Source: Marsupella aquatica | Lineage: Eukaryota; Plantae; Marchantiophyta | NCBI GenBank assembly: GCA_973895155.1 | Contig: OZ316894.1 | Span: 12,874,828 to 12,938,827, forward strand | DNA: 64,000 nt | Direction of reading: 5' to 3' | Part shown: positions 61,364 to 64,000 of the stretch, one piece after another | How the letters are laid out: every line of letters starts with the position of its first letter | Numbering within the stretch: position 1 is the stretch's first letter | The notes under the pieces: generated by a model | The model's database searches: none | The model's input: the letters and a program-made list of their open reading frames with translations, nothing else | What the model was told of the DNA's origin: nothing | Position numbers and translations under genes: made by a program

Positions 61364-63389
61364 TGTACTGATCCTCTCGCTTATACCAGATCCCTATGCT
61401 TTAATCAATTGGCTGGTGAAGCTTTCTATTGTCTTTTGATTGGATATTTCATTCATAGTCCTCTGATTGTTTTCCTGATTTCAGAGATACTCGTGTCGAC
61501 TGGTTTTCTGAAGAGAGATTTTGGCTTTGAAGGAAGATTGAAGAATCTTGCATTGTTTCTCCTCAGAAGACGTTTACTCTGCCTTGCTATGCAGAGAAGT
61601 CGGCAATTCAGTCGGATAATGCTTTTGTAGTCACCTGGGAAGGCAAAGGTCGTAGGTCACATCGTGGCGCCAGACGAAATTTATATTGCTTGCCTTTTGT
61701 TGACGATGAGGCATGCCTTGTTAAGCAATATGTTGATGAGTCTGCTGAGTCAACTGATCGGGATTTCAGCAGTGACCAGAGCAACACTAGTAGTAGGAAT
61801 GATATAGAGTCGGATGAAAGTCATTCAAGTGACTTCTGATTTTCTGAGGGAATAGAAGGATATCCCTGCACTGTTTACTCAAACTTACTGTCAGTTTTGA
61901 CAAAGTATTGGAGGCAGTACTTTTTTTGGAAATATGACCTTGAAACGGGTTTGAAATCTGAGTTCATTCATTCACTATGCCTTTTCATATCCCCCTGGTG
62001 TTTTACTAGCTTGTGTATATTCATATGGTTTGTAGTGATTGAAGGCTAGCGACCTCGCTAGACATAAAACTGAATGATCCCATTCTAGAAAAAAGATTCA
62101 TTTCTGTTGTAGAAATCTCACTATCCTCCCAATCTGCCACTCTGACCATTAGTTTTACCTTGCTAGCAAACATTAACCTTGCTGTCAATTTCTCCTGTTT
62201 CCTCACACCATACAAACCCCCAACGAATGAGAAGTTCAACATTGTTGGACAACTCTTCCAAGTTTGTGTATGACATATTTTGGGAGTGAGTGTACCGTCA
62301 CCACTCTGGACAGTGGCTCATGAAGTCTGCAGTCATTCTGAAATCAGTCTGAAAGCCCCCGGACACAATAATGTAATTATCAAGCTGAAGTTATTTTGCA
62401 CCCAATTACTTATGACTGAAAGATGAGAGGTCCTCCATGCAATCTTGTTTGATGAGGCCAAAAGGTATTTGTCTTGTGGACACACAGCCATAGGCCGCCA
62501 CTCATGTCTTTTGCACGCCATGCAGTCAAAACACATTGGATGTAATTGCATGTACACAAACCACATAGGAGTTTACAACTTCCAAGGGATGAAAGTCCAT
62601 GAGATATATGGTCATCCAACAAGGGGTAAATGGATGGCACCAACGGAGGATAGGGGCACACACCCTAACCCTAAACTATTGATGCTTGGGCAAATCAATT
62701 TGAAATGCAATAAAGATGCTCAGAATGCCAAGGAAGTGTTATGGACAGATGCGAAGGAGCTCTAGCCATCTACCCGGGGCTACTGGACAAGACAAAACAG
62801 ATGCATATTGTCTTCGTTGCATGAAAACAGAGCGGACCATATTAAGACTCCGGAGTTAAACAAACCTGCCAGGTGGATCCACATAGATTTGTAAACAAAC
62901 CTTGTTGTAGAAACTCTCTTCCAGTCATATACTTTGTGTAGTCTAAGTGCCTAGATTCATTACAAAGCAATAGTACAGCTGTCCATTAATGTGTCTTGAC
63001 AGGTGAAGTGCCCAATAAAGGCAACTCCCATTTCATTGTGTTGAATGTATGTGGCAATGTCGTCTCAAATTTCAACCTCCCCACTAATTGTAAAGCAGTC
63101 CATACAAATCTAGCACTTGGTCAATTAGTAATTATTGCAAAAACTGGGGGGTAGGTTATTTACCTGATAGATAGTATAGCACTAGGCCAATTTGTAATTA
63201 TTGCAGAAATTTGGGGGTAGGTTATTCGCTGATAGAAAGTATGCTCAATTTGGTCGATTCAGTTGGTTAACATTAGGAAGAGAGAGAGAACAGGAAAATG
63301 TTGTAATGGACAAATATCTCATATACCAGATGCAAACTGCTACAACTACAGCTGGGAAAGATACATAGCATCATATAAATGTGGACACA

Positions 63390-63667
63390 TCATCGATCCT
63401 TTAGCAGCTCCCAATGTCCCACTGATTCATCTATCAACTTGACTTTCATGAATGAATCCTCTACATAGCGACCTAGGTGTTCCACAGCATGTTTCAGACG
63501 CCGCATCTGAGAATCTGGTATACCAACCTTCTTGTTCACTTCCGCAGGGCCATTGACTGATGACTTCAGCGAAGATTCGGTCTGTGCACCTAAGAAACGT
63601 TCAGAACGCACCGAGAGTACTTCCACAGCAGAATTGAGGATGTCAATATCTTGGAGTCTCATGGTAT
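63390..63667 (-). CDS. Probable last exon of an unidentified gene entering from the right edge
   Basis: TGATAG acceptor at 63668 precedes a ~92-codon protein-like frame ending in TGA; a GTAGGT/GTAAGT donor lies near 63775. No family recognised. Confidence 0.4.
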
Positions 63668-64000
63668 CTATCACAAAACACGTCCAACGGCAGAAGATGT
63701 GAGAAAATGAAATGCAATGATTGAAATCCAGGCCATAGCTGACTTGTCCAGATTTCTCAATTTGGCACTTACCTACCTCTAAACGTACGATGGTTTCAAG
63801 AGTCGTGAAACATACATAACAAATCTACAGCCCTAATGCCCTTCGTGTTCTCTTTGTACTGTTTTGGTGCTTTTATGGAGAAAATGCAGAGTCCAGATTT
63901 GGATTAGGATTTATGAAAATTTTCCTCTACTTTTCCTAAAAATAGGGAAAGAAAAACCTCATAGGCCTTTAAGTGTATTGCGGCGTGCTACGAGGGCATT

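Larger units (their letters stand above)
52420..62062. repeat. Dispersed 18-bp palindrome GCYAGCGA-NN-TCGCTRGC, at least 7 copies
   Basis: Copies at 52420, 54308, 56542, 56927, 57183, 60782 and 62045, plus a degenerate one at 56748. Confidence 0.88.
51882..62206. mobile_element. Complete 10,325-bp TIR DNA transposon with two divergent genes (MULE-like transposase; ParB-methyltransferase-like cargo)
   Basis: TIR GTGAGGAAACAGGA (14 bp perfect, 17/18 extended) at 51882 and, inverted, ending 62206. Direct repeat ACCAT at 51877-51881 and 62207-62211. Confidence 0.88.

Overview
Eukaryotic, intron-containing plant nuclear DNA, probably from a non-seed land plant (inferred from the gene and transposon families). 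Host genes are ARC3 (minus strand, running off the left edge), a complete 8-exon GLYR1, a two-dsRBD DEAH helicase (DHX9/DHX30-like, with a decayed LINE in a 6.4-kb intron) and a probable last exon at the right edge. Between them lie a 332-bp TRIM with a tRNA-like cassette in each LTR, a copia remnant, a nested Tat/Athila-like Ty3/gypsy cluster with three diverged copies of an accessory-ORF module, a circularly permuted inverted duplication and a 1.3-kb CACTC-ended DNA element. The most striking object is a fully bounded 10.3-kb DNA transposon (51882-62206; TIR GTGAGGAAACAGGA; TSD ACCAT). It carries a GCM-like/MULE-DDE/SWIM transposase and, divergently, a spliced gene fusing a ParB/Srx-like domain to a beta-class N4C/N6A DNA-methyltransferase-like domain. 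At least 7 copies of an 18-bp palindrome (GCYAGCGA-NN-TCGCTRGC) sit in its non-coding parts. This copy is pseudogenised. All calls come from reading the sequence by eye; no searches were run.
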